Assembly (NCBI RefSeq): GCF_009914755.1 | Contig: NC_060935.1 | Length of the DNA stretch: 64,000 bases | DNA from: the human T2T-CHM13v2.0 reference genome, Homo sapiens | Reading direction: 5' to 3' (one strand) | In this document: positions 33,863-49,305 of the stretch, piece after piece | Position numbering within the stretch: the stretch's first letter is position 1 | Layout: the number at the start of each line of letters is the position of its first letter | Notes under the pieces: generated by a model | Seen by the model: the letters and a program-made list of their open reading frames with translations, nothing else | Told to the model about the DNA's origin: nothing | The model's database searches: none | Made by a program: the position numbers and the translations under genes

Positions 33863-34754
33863 GGCATCTCTCCCATTACCCAGTGCCCCTCCTCCTCTGA
33901 TAATTCCCCCCAGAACCGACTCAATTTTTCTCAGAGGATAAATTATAACTGCCATAAACCATTGTCAAAAGGGGTGACAGCAACACCCTGACGAGAGGGT
34001 GAACATTGGTTGCTGGAGGGGGCTTGAAGCACAGCAATGCAGTGATAACTAAAAAGATTTACAGCCTATGTGGGGCATTAAAACTTCATGGAGGGTGCAA
34101 GAAAAAAGGAAAAAATGGCTGAAAAAGCACCAGCTTAAATGAACAAGCACCACACAGGGGTCATGGGCACTTCCTTCCTTTAGTCATAAAATATCTGCTG
34201 AGCTCCCAAGTGTGCTATGTGGCAGGGAGATGATGACCACGGGACTGGCCTCTGCCCTTCTGAAGGATTCTTTCTGGTGGGAGACAAAGATAGAGATTTA
34301 TGGGTTTGAATCCCAGGAGGCAGAGGGGCTGATGGAAAACAAGTTTGGTGTCTGATAGTCCCCAATTTCAATTCTTCCTCATAAGCTTGTCGGTAAAATT
34401 GGTTCATAATATTTAAACATGCAGAACATTCAAGGACCATGTCACACCAATAAAGTATCTGGCCCCTATGTGTATACAGTGGATACTCAATACACGTAGT
34501 CCTCTCTCCCCTCCCCTGAGTTCTATCTATTCATGAACTAGACAGATAGCTAACTCCACACACTGCACAAAAATGGAGGCTGACACACTTAGACACACGA
34601 TGCCTCCCAGAACTACATCTGAAGGATGACAGCAGGCCGTGTGTTGAAAGCAAAATATTGCAGAACTACAGATAACAGAAGCATTACGGTAAACTGAGAA
34701 AACTACTTAATACTCCTGACCTGAAACATATCTCCTAAACTTGCTGTTGGGGTC

Positions 34755-35901
<1,147 letters not shown>

Positions 35902-38900
35902 AGAGTGTCATTTCCACTTCACTTCTAACAGATGAACTTGAGGATTTACATTCAGGGACAGATACTTCTTCAGGATAGAAACAGTGGATTATAAGTATCT
36001 CACCAAGCATCAGTTGCACTCTGCCCTCACCTTTTGCATTTCACAAGCCCTTCCTCCTTAACTCTGCACCAAGCTGTACCGGGTTAACACTGCCACTCAG
36101 TGGCCAGCTCAAGAAATTACATGGAGCCATAAGACCAGACAGGCCCTTTGCCTGTTCACTTACATTTGTTACTGAGGATTCTGGGTCTGGTGCTGGGTGC
36201 CAGGAGAATAAAGATAGATGGGAAAGTGCATCCCTCTCAAAGCACTTTAAAGTTTAGCTTGGGAGACTTATGCATGAACCATTCATTGTAATACAATACA
36301 GAAAAGGTACCCAGCAAGTACTGTGGGAATCAAAATAAAAGCTTCCTGCAGAGGAAGCACTTCGGCTCTGAGGGGTGGGAAGGAGTTCACCTGGCAAAGG
36401 TGGTGGCGATGGAGCAAGCAGTCTCACCTGGCTGGAGAGACATCACATCATTGAGAAGATGGTGCTCAGTCACCGACATGTTCAAAGGGGTCTGTCTGTG
36501 TCTGGAGGAGATTATGTCCCCTGTTGGAGGTGGCTCAGCAGCAGAGAGGGTGGCTAAGGCACTTCTTAGATAAACTCAACAAAGAAAGTGTGGCCGTGCT
36601 AGGGAGGGCACCTATGGAGCCCTGCCCATGAAACTGGCTAGGACTACAACCCACTCTAGTGTCCTTAGGTGGAAACTCAATTGGATGCCCAGGCTTGAAG
36701 CACCTTGAGAACTAGGGCTCTGGCCAGGCTGCTAAGCAGGCCAAACCCAGGAGGAACCAGGAGCTTTTCCCATGCAAACAGAGATGGCAATGGGTCCAGA
36801 TTTAGGGCACAGCAAACTCATGGGGTGAGCAGGTGGCAATACCCCTGGGCGGCAGGGACAGGGGCTGAGGAGGCAGGAGAAGAGCCTGGGCCAGAAGGAT
36901 GGCAAGTCCTGAGTGCTGTGGAGCACTGACCCTGAAATGCAGTCTTGTTTGCAACACCCAGTGCCAGATCAGGAGACGGAGAAGAGGTAATATTAAAGAT
37001 TTTCTCTAAACAAATGAAATTTAACTTTTACAGCAACAATGTCCTGTCTGGATGGATGCTTTGTTCTACATGGGGTATGAGCTGCTCCCCTCCCACCCAA
37101 TCCCTTCCTCACCACAGGGCCAACCACATCCCACGCCACAGTGCTTTTTCAGGTGCTTGCTGCCTATTTGTAAATAGCAAACATCTGATCATCCGTCTTG
37201 ATTTCCTTCTGTTTAAATATTACTTGTTGACTTCCTGCCAGGGAAGATGAGAGTTTCACTCATTTATCACACAGCCCAAGACAGCCACAGGCCCACTTGG
37301 TTCAATCATGGTTCCTGTGTTTATGCTATTATGGCTAGCTACATCTTGTCCACAGCAAGGTAGGCAGTCGACTGCAATTCTATTTCCCTCGAGTATATAA
37401 CAGCTACGTTTTGAAATCTGCCTTTCTATTTACATGTAACGAATTTATCACCAAGTTCTGACAGAGGTGTAAATTGCAGAGCGCAGGTCTATTCCTGTAA
37501 GGTGGAAACACATCTGGCAATCACTGTTGCCTGGGTTTCTGAGTCACCCTCTCCCAGAGCCATCCACCCTCCTGTGCCCACCTAGGCCGAAGCTCCACAC
37601 TCATCCCAGGCCCGGCCCGGCCTCTGCCCGGTGCCAGGGCCCTCCCCGGAGTCCAGGTCTTCCTGTCCCCTGGCTCACTCCCTCTCTGGGTGAAGCTCCT
37701 CTCCAGCAGCTTCCTGAGAAAGCAGCATAGGAGGGGCCGATTCGAGAACACGTGCATCTGAAACACCTCTGGGACCGTCTCACTGATTTGCTAGAACACT
37801 GGTTTGAAAGGATTTTCCCACTGCGCTTCCCATATGGCTGCTGAGAGGTCAGACCCCAGATCCTCTATGCGCAACTTGATTTTTCTCTCTTGAAACTTTT
37901 AAGATTGCGTTTCTGTTTCTATTCCCTGAGTTCTGAGCTTTTAGGACCTCCATCCTGCCTGGGGGTGTCTTCTCACACCAGGGCCCTTTCAACTGGGAAT
38001 CACATCCATCTGCTCAGTGGCTTTGTCTTGGATGATCTCTTTGTTTATTTCTCCCTCATTATTCAGATGCTGAACCTACAAGATGACTCCTCCAATTCTA
38101 CCTGATTCCAGGGCTCTCTTCCGCCTCCTTGTGTTCATCTCCAACATTACTGCTATGCCATTTTTTTGCAATCATTATTGATCTTCAAGAGTTTCTCAAA
38201 TGCTCCCTGTTTCACAGATGCTATTATATTCTCTTACTGCACTGAGGATATTAGGTACAGTATCTCCTTTGGAAATTCCCTTCTGTTCCCCAAATTGTCT
38301 TGGTTTCTGCCCGGACTATTTAGTTCTGCTTGTTTCATATCTGCCTTTGAGATGACAGCTTTCCTTTAATGACAGGTGATTATCAGCTGCCCATCTCCAT
38401 CTTCTACTTGAGGCACTTATGCAGGGGATGGAAATTGTGTATGGGCGGCTCTTGTCAAAAGAAGGACTTCCCTCGGGGTGCTTTGCTGGGGAGATGAACC
38501 ATAAGATCCTTGGAGGAAGCATTCTAGTCAGAGTCCACAGCAGTGCAAAGGCCCTGGGGTGAGCATGTGTTTCCTGTGCTTGATTAAAAGCAAAAGTGGA
38601 GGCCTGGGAGGCTTGAGCAGAGGGAGGAGGTGAAGGCAGAAGGCTGGTGAGATCAGCAAGGCCCCCACCAGCCTGGTCGTGGTTCCTCCAAGGTGCTGTT
38701 ATCAGCCACACCTACGGCCTCATGTGGAAGGGCCAGGCCTCCAATACGCTGAGCTCCGACGGCTTCCAGCCCTTCCTGCTGCCATCAGGGATGGTTTTCT
38801 CCAGACTGCCACCTCACCACAACCACTTCTTCATTTCACACAACGGAGCCCAGGGTTGTGTGCCTGCCAGGCCTTCAGCATCACTAAGCTCATGGAGAGC

Positions 38901-39189
38901 CTTGACCCGCAGGTACCTTGCAGGCCCCAGCCTGAGTGCATCAGGGCATGTGGGCAGGGTTGACCTCAGGTGGCTTTGCTTAGAGAGACAACAGAATGAC
39001 TTTAGACTCCTGAGACACTAGGTTACCACCAAAGCTGCAGGTGCCTGGGGATGCAGCACCCCTGAGTGGGAGGTTATGGGGGAAGAGCTCGAGGGCTCAC
39101 CCTTCCAGCGCACAAGGAATGGCTCTCCTAATTATTGGATCTACAGCCCTTGGTGGGAATGAACGTGACCTCAAGTCCTCTCTTTCACA

Positions 39190-40341
39190 GCCTCCCTCTC
39201 CACTAACCAAACCTTCCCAGTTCAACCTCCCTCTCCACTAACCAACCCTTCCCAGGCTCTACCTCCCTCTCCACTAACCAACCCTTCCCAGGCTCGCCCT
39301 CCCTCTCCACTAACCACCCCTTCCCAGACTCAACCTCCCTCTCTGCTAACCAACCCTTCTCAGGCTCAACCTCTCTCTCCACTAACCAACCCTTCCCAGA
39401 CACAACCTGCCTCTCCGCTAACTAACCCTTCCCAGGCTCAACCTCCCTCTCCACTAACCAACCCTTCCCAGGCTCAACCTCCCTCTCCGCTAACCAACTC
39501 TTCCCCAAGCTCAACCTCCCTCTCCGCTAACCAACCCTTTCCAGGCTCAACCTCCCTCTCCACTAAACAACGCTTCCCAGGCTCAACCTCTCTCTCCACT
39601 AACCAACACTTCCCAGGATCAGCCTCCCTCTCCACTAACCAACACTTCCCAGGATCAGCCTCCCTCTCTACTAACCAACCCTTCCCCAGGTTCACCCTCC
39701 CTCTCCACTAACCAACCCTTCCCAGGCTCAACCTCCCTCTCCACTAACCAACTCTTCCCCAGCATCAGCCTCCCTGTCCACTAACCAACCCTTCCCCAGG
39801 CTCACCATCCCTCTCCACTAACCAACTCTTCCCCAGGGTCAGCCTTCCTCTCCACTAACCAACACTTCCCAGGATCAGCCTCCCTCTCCACTAACCAACC
39901 CTTCCCCAGGCTCACCCTCCCTCTCTGCTAACCAACTCTTCCCCAGGGTCAACCTCCCTCTCCACTAACCAACCCTTCCCAGACTCACCCTCCCTCTCCA
40001 CTAACCAACCCTTCCCTAGGCTCAACCTCCCTCTCCACTAACCAACCCTTCCCAGGCTCAACCTCTCTCTCCACTAACCAACCCTTCCCAGACTCACCCT
40101 CCCTCTCCACTAACCAACCCTTCCCAGGCTCATCCTCCCTCTCCACTAACTAACCCTTCCCAGGCTCAACCTCCCTCTCCACTAACCAACTCTTCCCCAG
40201 GCTCACCCTCCCTCTCCACTAACCAACTCTTCCCCAGGCTCACCCTCCCTCTCCACTAACCAACCCTTCCCAGGCTCAACCTCCCTCTCCGCTAACCAAC
40301 CCTTCCCAGGCTCAACCTCCCTCTGCACTAACCAACCCTTC
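39190..40341. repeat. Minisatellite, 36/37-bp unit, about 32 copies
   Basis: Unit ccctctccactaaccaacccttcccaggctcaacct. Confidence 0.97.
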
Positions 40342-40414
40342 TCAATTAACCAACTGACTTGGAAAATCTCCCTGTGCTGACCCCAATCTGGTGAAATTCT
40401 TGAGGCACCTCTCC

Positions 40415-40415
<1 letters not shown>

Positions 40416-40465
<50 letters not shown>
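40416..40465. repeat. (CA)25 microsatellite, read as (UG)n on the SHANK2 sense strand
   Basis: Pure dinucleotide run. Confidence 0.97.
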
Positions 40466-40467
<2 letters not shown>

Positions 40468-40630
40468 GTGACGTTTCAAGGTTAGAAAACAGCCCTGCAG
40501 TACCCAAATGTAAGGAACAAGGCCAGCATTCTGGACTAAGAACCCATCAACTTCCAGAACATTGTGCAGTAGGGTCTGGCTGCAGAGCACCTGAAACATG
40601 GGAAATGTGCTTAAGTAACTGACATCTACA

Positions 40631-40943
<313 letters not shown>

Positions 40944-41249
40944 TGAACTCTACATTTTAAAAAATTATAGTTACATATAAATACCCATGTGCGTCCTGTG
41001 GTTACTGGACTGGACAGGGAGCTCTAGAATATTCTGCCAAATCCAGATGCCTCACTCAGCATCTTCATGAGATTTTACCAACGTTGCTTCCCATCCAGGA
41101 TAGCATCTGGGTGGGTGACGGATGCACAGATTAAATGCCATTTTAGAGTTCTCTTCTGCACTGCTGGCACTGTACATCTCCCCCAGAGTAAAGTCCCTGC
41201 CAAGCAACGTGGCCCTCTGTGGTCTCATTTCCCACCACTGGTGTGGGCA

Positions 41250-41700
41250 CCATCCCACCCCCACCTCTGCAGCTAGCCAGTCTCCTGGCTGCTTCCCACA
41301 CACCCCAGGCATGCACTGACCCCAGGGCCTTTGCACGTGTCAGCCCCACTCTTTGAGATGCCTTTCCCTCTGACATCCTGAGGGCCCACTCTTTCCTTCC
41401 TCTTTTCCTGGTCTTTGCCCCAAATGTCACAGAAGCCGCCCTCGGCTCCCAGCGTGAAGGAAACTCGCTTCCGCATTGCCAGCTCCGTACCATTCCACCC
41501 TCACCCTGCTGTATTTTTCTTCCTGTCATTTACCAACCCCGACATGTTGCACGTTTCTCTGCTTACTTGTTAATTATCTAATGTGCACTTCCAGAGAGCA
41601 GAGTGTGGTGTGGCTCACTGATGTGTCCCCAGCACCTAGAAGACAGCGTGGCTCTTACGAGAAACTCCATATGTACTGGTGGAAATAATGAATTCGATCC
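41250..41700. mobile_element. L2 remnant
   Basis: ccagggcctttgcacgtg...ccccagcacctagaagacagcgtggc. Confidence 0.6.
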
Positions 41701-43132
41701 CTGATTACTTTTCATCATAGATATGCACCGAACATCAGCCACACTTTGGGTTACCCAGGTTTCTACGCCCTAATCTAGAAATACAACTTCCACTTCCCTG
41801 TTTCTATGGGAACACAGAGTCTGAATCCCAAATAAGACTCAGAGGAACTTTTAAAAGAAGCTACTTCTAAATGACTGACTCCGCCAACTGCGTGCCCTCA
41901 GCAGGGCCACGACGCTGCAACGTGGAGGAGGTGGACCAGGGGCGGGCTGCAGGGAGCGGTGGGGAGTGTGGCAGGCTGAAGAGCACAGCCTTTCCAGAGG
42001 GGCCACGCTCCCAACCCCTGCCGAATGTCCACATGCACAGAGGCTGCCTGGGTGTGGCCACGTTTCCTAATTTTTCAAGAGAAGCTGGAAAGCTGAATTT
42101 TTTAATGAAATTCCTGGAAGTTTAAATACCAGCAACACATTCAATTTTTTTTAAATTAAAAAAATTAAATTTTAACATCTGGGCAGGTTACAATCAAGCT
42201 CTCTTGGGTCAGATCCAACCTCCAGACGGCCGACGGTGAACTTTACACTACGGCTCATTCTATCAACCAAACGAGAGCTGGGCCCCGGGCCCAGACTCAC
42301 TGCCTGCCCTGCAGGAGGTTGACTGATCACAAGATGAATGGCAGGTACCAGCCAGTGCCCAGCTCCCTGCCAACCAGCTGCTTCTAAATACACTGGATAA
42401 ACACACCAAAAGAAGAAGGGAAAAGAAATAAAAATAACGATTTGCTTGGTCACTCACATGTGGAAGAGAAAAGGCTAAAATCGAAGCTGATACTCCCTCA
42501 TTCAGTCTGCAAGAGCCTCAGTACCGCCCCTCCCGGCTCCGCCCACAGAACACAGGCAGCGGGGGTGAAAGTGGGCGAAGAACCCTGTGCACAGCAACGT
42601 CCCCAGGCCTGGCATGCTGCCCGGCAAGCAGCTCCCCGGGGGCGCATCATCTTAGCAAACTCTCCCAGGACCCTGGGCTGCACAAGCTCAGAGACTCCGC
42701 CCGTCATGTGGGGAGACGTCCTCACTCTCAGGCTCCACCTGCTCACCCTCCCTTCACACTGAGAATAGGAAACCTGAGATGGACCAGAATCCTGGAGGTG
42801 GCACCAGCCATGTTTCTTCACCCTGCTGCATAGCCACCCAGGAACCCACAGGGTGACCTGGGCTCCAGACTAGGGCACCAAGCCTCACGGTTGGAGTGTT
42901 TGCAGGGATCATGGGGGGCCGGCTGGACACAACCACCTCCTCCTGCCATGGAAGGAAGTCCCCATCCCACACACTCGCTGGCACTGCCCTGGCCCATGCT
43001 GCAGGCCTCCCTGGGCCCCCGTGGCCTGGGCCAGCCTCTCTGGGCTCCCAAGGTTGGCCTGTTCCTACGGTAGGGCTGATGCTGATGACAGTATCCACAG
43101 TCATGAGGCACTGTCTGACCCCTCCACCTGCG

Positions 43133-44282
<1,150 letters not shown>

Positions 44283-44364
44283 CCTATATGTGATGCTATG
44301 CAAACTTCTGGACACTCCCTTAACTGCAGTGATTAGCCCCATTTCAAAGAAGTAGAGAGGAGTT

Positions 44365-45070
44365 GCATTCATCTCCCCTGACTGCTGCACCATGACGTCA
44401 TAAATTCATTTCCCCTGGCTGCTGCACTGTGATGTCATACATTCATTTCCCCTGGCTGCTGTGCCGTGACATCATAAATTCATCTCCCCTGGCTGCTGCA
44501 CCGTGACGTCATAAATTCATTTCCCCTGGCTGCTGCACTGTGATGTCATACATTCATTTCCCCTGGCTGCTGTGCCGTGACATCATAAATTCATTTCCCC
44601 TGGCTGCTGCACCGTGACGTCATAAATTCATTTCCCCTGGCTGCTGCACCGTGATGTCATAAATTCGTTTCCCCTGGTTGCTGTGCCGTGACATCATAAA
44701 TTCATTTCCCCTGGCTGCTGTGCCATGACATCATAAATTCATTTCCCCTGGCGGCTGGGTGGTGATGTCATAAATTCATTTCCCCTGGCTGTTGCATTGT
44801 GACATCATAAATTCATTTCCCCTGGCTGCTGTGTGGTGATGTCATAAATTCATTTCCCCTGGCTGCTGCATGGTGACATCATAAATTCATTTCCCCTGGC
44901 TGCTGCGCTGTGATGTCATAAATTCATTTCCCCTGGCTGCTGCGTGGTGACGTCATAAATTCATTTCCTCTGGCTGCTGTGCTGTGACATCATAAATTCA
45001 TTTCCTCTGGCTGCTGCACTGTGACATCATAAATTCATTTCCCCTGGCTGCTGTGCCGTGACATCATAAA
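44365..45070. repeat. Minisatellite, 37-bp unit, 19 copies
   Basis: Unit cataaattcatttcccctggctgctgcaccgtgacgt; strict 37-bp phasing. Confidence 0.97.
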
Positions 45071-45455
45071 GTGGGTGGCTTAAACAATGGAAGTTTCTAC
45101 TCTCACAGTTCTGGAGGCCAGAAGTCTGAATTCCAGGTGTTGGCAGGGCTGCCCACCCCCACCCAAAGGCTCTAGGGGAGGGTCTTTCCTGCCTCTCCCA
45201 ACTTCAAGGACATTCCTTGGCTTGCGGCCACATCACTCCAATCTTGGCCTCCATCTTCACGTGGCGTTCTAACCCTTGTGTGTCTGTCTCTTTTCGCTTT
45301 TCTTAAGAGGACATCTTTCAAGATTAGGGCCTCCCCAATCCAGCATGAGGTCGTCTTAACTCAGTGACATCTGCAAAGGCCCTAGTTCCAAACAATATCA
45401 CATTCACAGGTTCTAGATAGACATGAATTTACGGGGCAAACACTTTGACTCAGTA
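45070..45455 (-). mobile_element. MLT1-like LTR whose terminus is the expanded minisatellite
   Basis: gggtggcttaaacaa...tctcacagttctggaggccagaagtc. Confidence 0.8.
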
Positions 45456-46197
45456 AGGGAGCATTTGGAGACTTTTAAGTAAATCCTAAGTGGCCTGCCC
45501 AGGGGCACCAGCTGAGAAGAAACCCAAGCCAGATTTAAACCCAGGTTCTGCAGACGGGAATGCTAGGCCCCTGCTGTGCCGTCTGGCCAGATCTGTGGCT
45601 GAGAGTGGGCCGGTTTCCTTGGGGCGTCTCTCCTGGCCGAGGTCTTGTGCCTCAGTAAATGCAGACCCAAAATAAACCACCTTCTTGGGTGACTGAGAAC
45701 CAGGAATAGAATTCTGGAAACAAGTTCCATCTTGTTCATAGAAATGGTGTTGGACACAACACAAAACCTTTCCAAGGGTGCGCTGTGGAAACCGTAGTCC
45801 TTTGCCAATTCCCAGCTGCATTTGCTCCCTCCTCTTTTAAAGTGGATAGACACAAGCTGTCTAGCTACTTGGCTGTCTTGTTCAAATAAATGGAATTTTA
45901 TCAAATCACCCAGTAAGTGCAAAATGCAGTCTCTGGGTGGCGATGGAGCTAGTACCCGTCTCAGTGCTGAAACTGTTCTCAAGTTGGCTCCTATGCCGTG
46001 GCTTTTCTGTGTGGCTTTCGTTGGTGGCAAACAGCAGAGACGCACCCAAGCTGCTGACGATTTTCATGCAAAGGTGAGGCTGCTTCAGGGCAGCACTCTG
46101 GGGGACGCAGATGGCAGGGCGGCCCTGGCTTCGTGTGTCCGGGGGTCCTGAGCAGCAGAAGTGTGGGAACTCGCCACTGACACCCACCTATGGTCTC

Positions 46198-46650
46198 TGG
46201 TAGCTGCTTTCTGTGGCTGTGGGAACAAATGATCACAAACAAGGTGGCTTCAAGCAACAAACCTTCCATGCAGTCCTGTAAGCCAGTGTCCAAAATGGCA
46301 TCACTAAGCTGACCCCGAGGTGTCATCAGGGCCATGTTCCCCAGGAAGGCTCTGGGGGAGGGTCCTTCCCAACCTCCTGGCAGCACCATCTGATCTCTGC
46401 CCCCATCCCACGTCCCAATCCCACCGCCTCCACCTTCACGCAGCCTCCTTCCCTGTGTGTGCCCTACGAGGACCTTGGTGATTACGCTGGCTTACCCAGT
46501 GCTACACTTTGAACACTGGCCCTTTCCAATCCTCACATTAAAATTTAATCCCCAGTGTGGTGGTGTTGGGAGCTGGGCCTAGCAGGAGGTGTCCGGGCCA
46601 TGGGGGTGGATCCCTCATGAACAGATCCACGCCCTCCCCTCCGAAGTGAG
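46198..46650. mobile_element. MLT1-like fragment (-) followed by MST-like LTR (+) that resumes at 47228
   Basis: ggtggcttcaagcaaca; aaatttaatccccagtgtgg...ggatccctcatgaa. Confidence 0.6.
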
Positions 46651-47227
46651 TGTATTAAATCAGGGATCTCCAGAGGGACAGAACTGATAGGATACATTTA
46701 CACAGGAAAGGGAGTTTTTTAAGGGAGAATTGGCTCACAGCATCACAAGCAGAAGTCTCACAACAAGCCATCTATAAGCTGGGGAAGAGAGGAGCAGGTA
46801 GTGGCCCAGTCCAAGTCCGAAAGCCTCAAAACCAGGGAAGCTGACAGTGCAGCCTTCAGTCTGTGGTCGAAGGACCAAGAGTCCCCGGCAAGACACTGGT
46901 GTAGGTCCCAGAGTCCAAAGGCCAAACAACTTGGAGTCTGCTGTTCCAGGTCAGCAGTGGAAGGAAGCATCCAGCATGGGAGGAAGAAGGAAGCCAGGAG
47001 ACCCAGCAGGCAAGGTCATCCCACCTGCATCCACCTGCTTAGTTCTTGCCGTGCTAGCAGCCAACTGGATGGTGCCCACCCATATTGAGGGTGGGTCTTC
47101 CTCTCCCAGCCCACCAACTCAAATGTCCACCTTCTCTGGCGACACCCTCAGACACACCCAGAAACAATACTTGACCATCCCTGCGGGCATCCCTCAATCA
47201 AGTTGATGTGTAACATTAACCATCACA
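46651..47227 (-). mobile_element. ERVL MLT2 solo LTR nested in MST-like LTR
   Basis: tgtatta...aaccatcaca termini with perfect GTGAG 5-bp TSD (46646-46650, 47228-47232). Confidence 0.88.
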
Positions 47228-48779
47228 GTGAGTGGGTTCTTGCTCTGCCAGTTCCCACTGAGAGCTGGTTGTTAGGAAGGGCCTGGCACCTCCCTGCCAG
47301 GGAGCTGGGCCAGCTCCCGCCTGTGGACTGACAGGCACGTGCACCTCTAGGAGAGCCGTGTGTGTATGTGTGTGTGTGTCTAATAGACAGTCTTACATGA
47401 ACTTTACAATTTGCCCACATCAGCTCATAGAAATTGCAATGCAGACAGCAGCACAACAGGGACATCCTGGGACCCTGCCCATGGCACTCATCGGGGAAGA
47501 GGAAGGTCCTGGGAGAAAACGCCATGACCTTGTTCCCACATCCACGTGGATTTCCACAAAACAGGGAAGGCACAACCAAACAGTCTTGTTGGGGCTCATT
47601 TAACAAGGAAAGAAACTCAGAAAGCCACCTGGAGGGAAGAGAAGGGTCCGCTGAGCAGATTTCGTGGGTTTCTGAAAAGTGCAACGCCAGGAACCACAAT
47701 ATCACCCACGGTGTCAGGCAGCCTTCATCACGGACTGTCCCTCAACCACACAGTTGCCTCCACCAGCATGATCAGAGGAACTGCACAGTGCACAGCCACT
47801 GGCAGAGTGCTCTGGCAGCCACTACCATGCGTGGCATGAGAAAATGTACTCATCCCCCTCTGGCTAAATTGCTAAATGTGGGAACTCAGTTTGGAGCTCT
47901 GTGCAAAAGGAAATCAGACGAAGGGTCTGGGGGGCAAAAGCCAGGCTCTGACATTTCGGGAGATCCGCCCTCACTTTCATGGGCTGAGTCCTCCCCCAGT
48001 GAATGCACTGGGGACAGGCCACATCCAAAAACGCCTTGCCCGGGATCCTTGAGTGAAGAGCGCAATACAACACAGAACCATTGCCAACGGCATTCCTGGG
48101 CCTCTGCCATCACTGGCTTAGCCTGTGGCGATGCTGGGGTCCATCACCTGATTGCCAGAGAACTGGAAATTCAGTTCTTTGTTTCTGGCTTCGGCCTTTC
48201 TCCTCCTTCTATGTGCAGTGTTAAGGGTTAAGGAAGAACACGGGGTCTGGCATGCAGCAGCCTATGCCCTGTTCATTGTCCCTTTAGGAGCTGTGTGACC
48301 TGGGCTCTTCATCCACAGGAGGCCCTGCTTCGTGGGACCACATGGAAAGGGCTCAGCACAGGACTAGGCAGGGTGCCCCCATGCACTGAAAGGTACCCAA
48401 ACCACCAAGCACAGTGTCATTCATCAGAAAGACATCCACATCAAGGCCTTCTTTGTCGTTTCCCTCCCATTTCATCCTTGTCCTTCCCTGCCCATATTAA
48501 ATTTGGGCCTTATTAAAATGGAGCCATTCTGAACGTCTCTCATTGCCACTGCCTTTTTTTCCTGATTTTCTCCACCCTTTCTTTGCTTCTGGATGTCTGG
48601 TTAAAAACTGTTGAATACAGCCTGGAGACCGACAGAATGACAGCACGTGGGGAGAAGGCTGCCCTCTCCAAAAATACAATGCCAGGTGCTAAAGTCCCTG
48701 TATCCAAAAAACAGTGGAAGTCCCTTTCAGAATGCAGCTGCTGGGAGGCAGGAACAACTCCTCCAGTCAGTTCCCCTAT

Positions 48780-48815
48780 GCTTCAGCCAGGGTTCTCCAG
48801 AGACACAGACCCACG

Positions 48816-48856
<41 letters not shown>

Positions 48857-49305
48857 TACACACACTTACAAATACATATATATTTACACATATATTTGTA
48901 ATATGTGTCTATGTATATATTTGTGTATGTGTGTACTTTACGTGTGTATGTGTACACATGCAAAGAGATTTATTTTAAGGGATTGGTTTAAATGATTGTG
49001 GAGGCTGACAAGTCCAAAATCCATAGGACAGGGCAGCAGGCTGGAAACTCAGGCAGGAGTTGATGCTGCAGTCTTAGGGCAGAATTCATTCTTCTCTGAG
49101 AAACTTCAGGTTTTGCTCTTAAGGCCTCCAACAAATCGGATGGGGCCCACCCACATCATGGAGGGTATACCTTTACTTAAAGTCAAGTGACTGTTGATGT
49201 TAATCCCATCTACAGAACACCTTCGTGACGACCCCTACATTAGCATCTGAGTAGATAACCGGGTGCTAGAGTCTAGTCAAGCTGACATATCAAACTACCC
49301 ATCAC
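48780..49305 (-). mobile_element. MLT2-like LTR with internal (TG)n/(TA)n tract
   Basis: cagccagggttctccagagacacagac...gctgacatatcaaactacccatcaca. Confidence 0.75.

Noticed and set aside
39203-40463. EREVEPGKGWLV repeat ORFs
   Set aside because: Product of the 36-bp unit, broken by 37-bp units
44365-45070. CRISPR-like regular 37-bp repeats
   Set aside because: No unique spacers, head-to-tail tandem units, primate context, no cas genes
47434-48231. 265-aa plus-strand ORF
   Set aside because: No recognisable domain, Cys/His/Ser-rich composition typical of chance ORFs, antisense to SHANK2, no splice support seen
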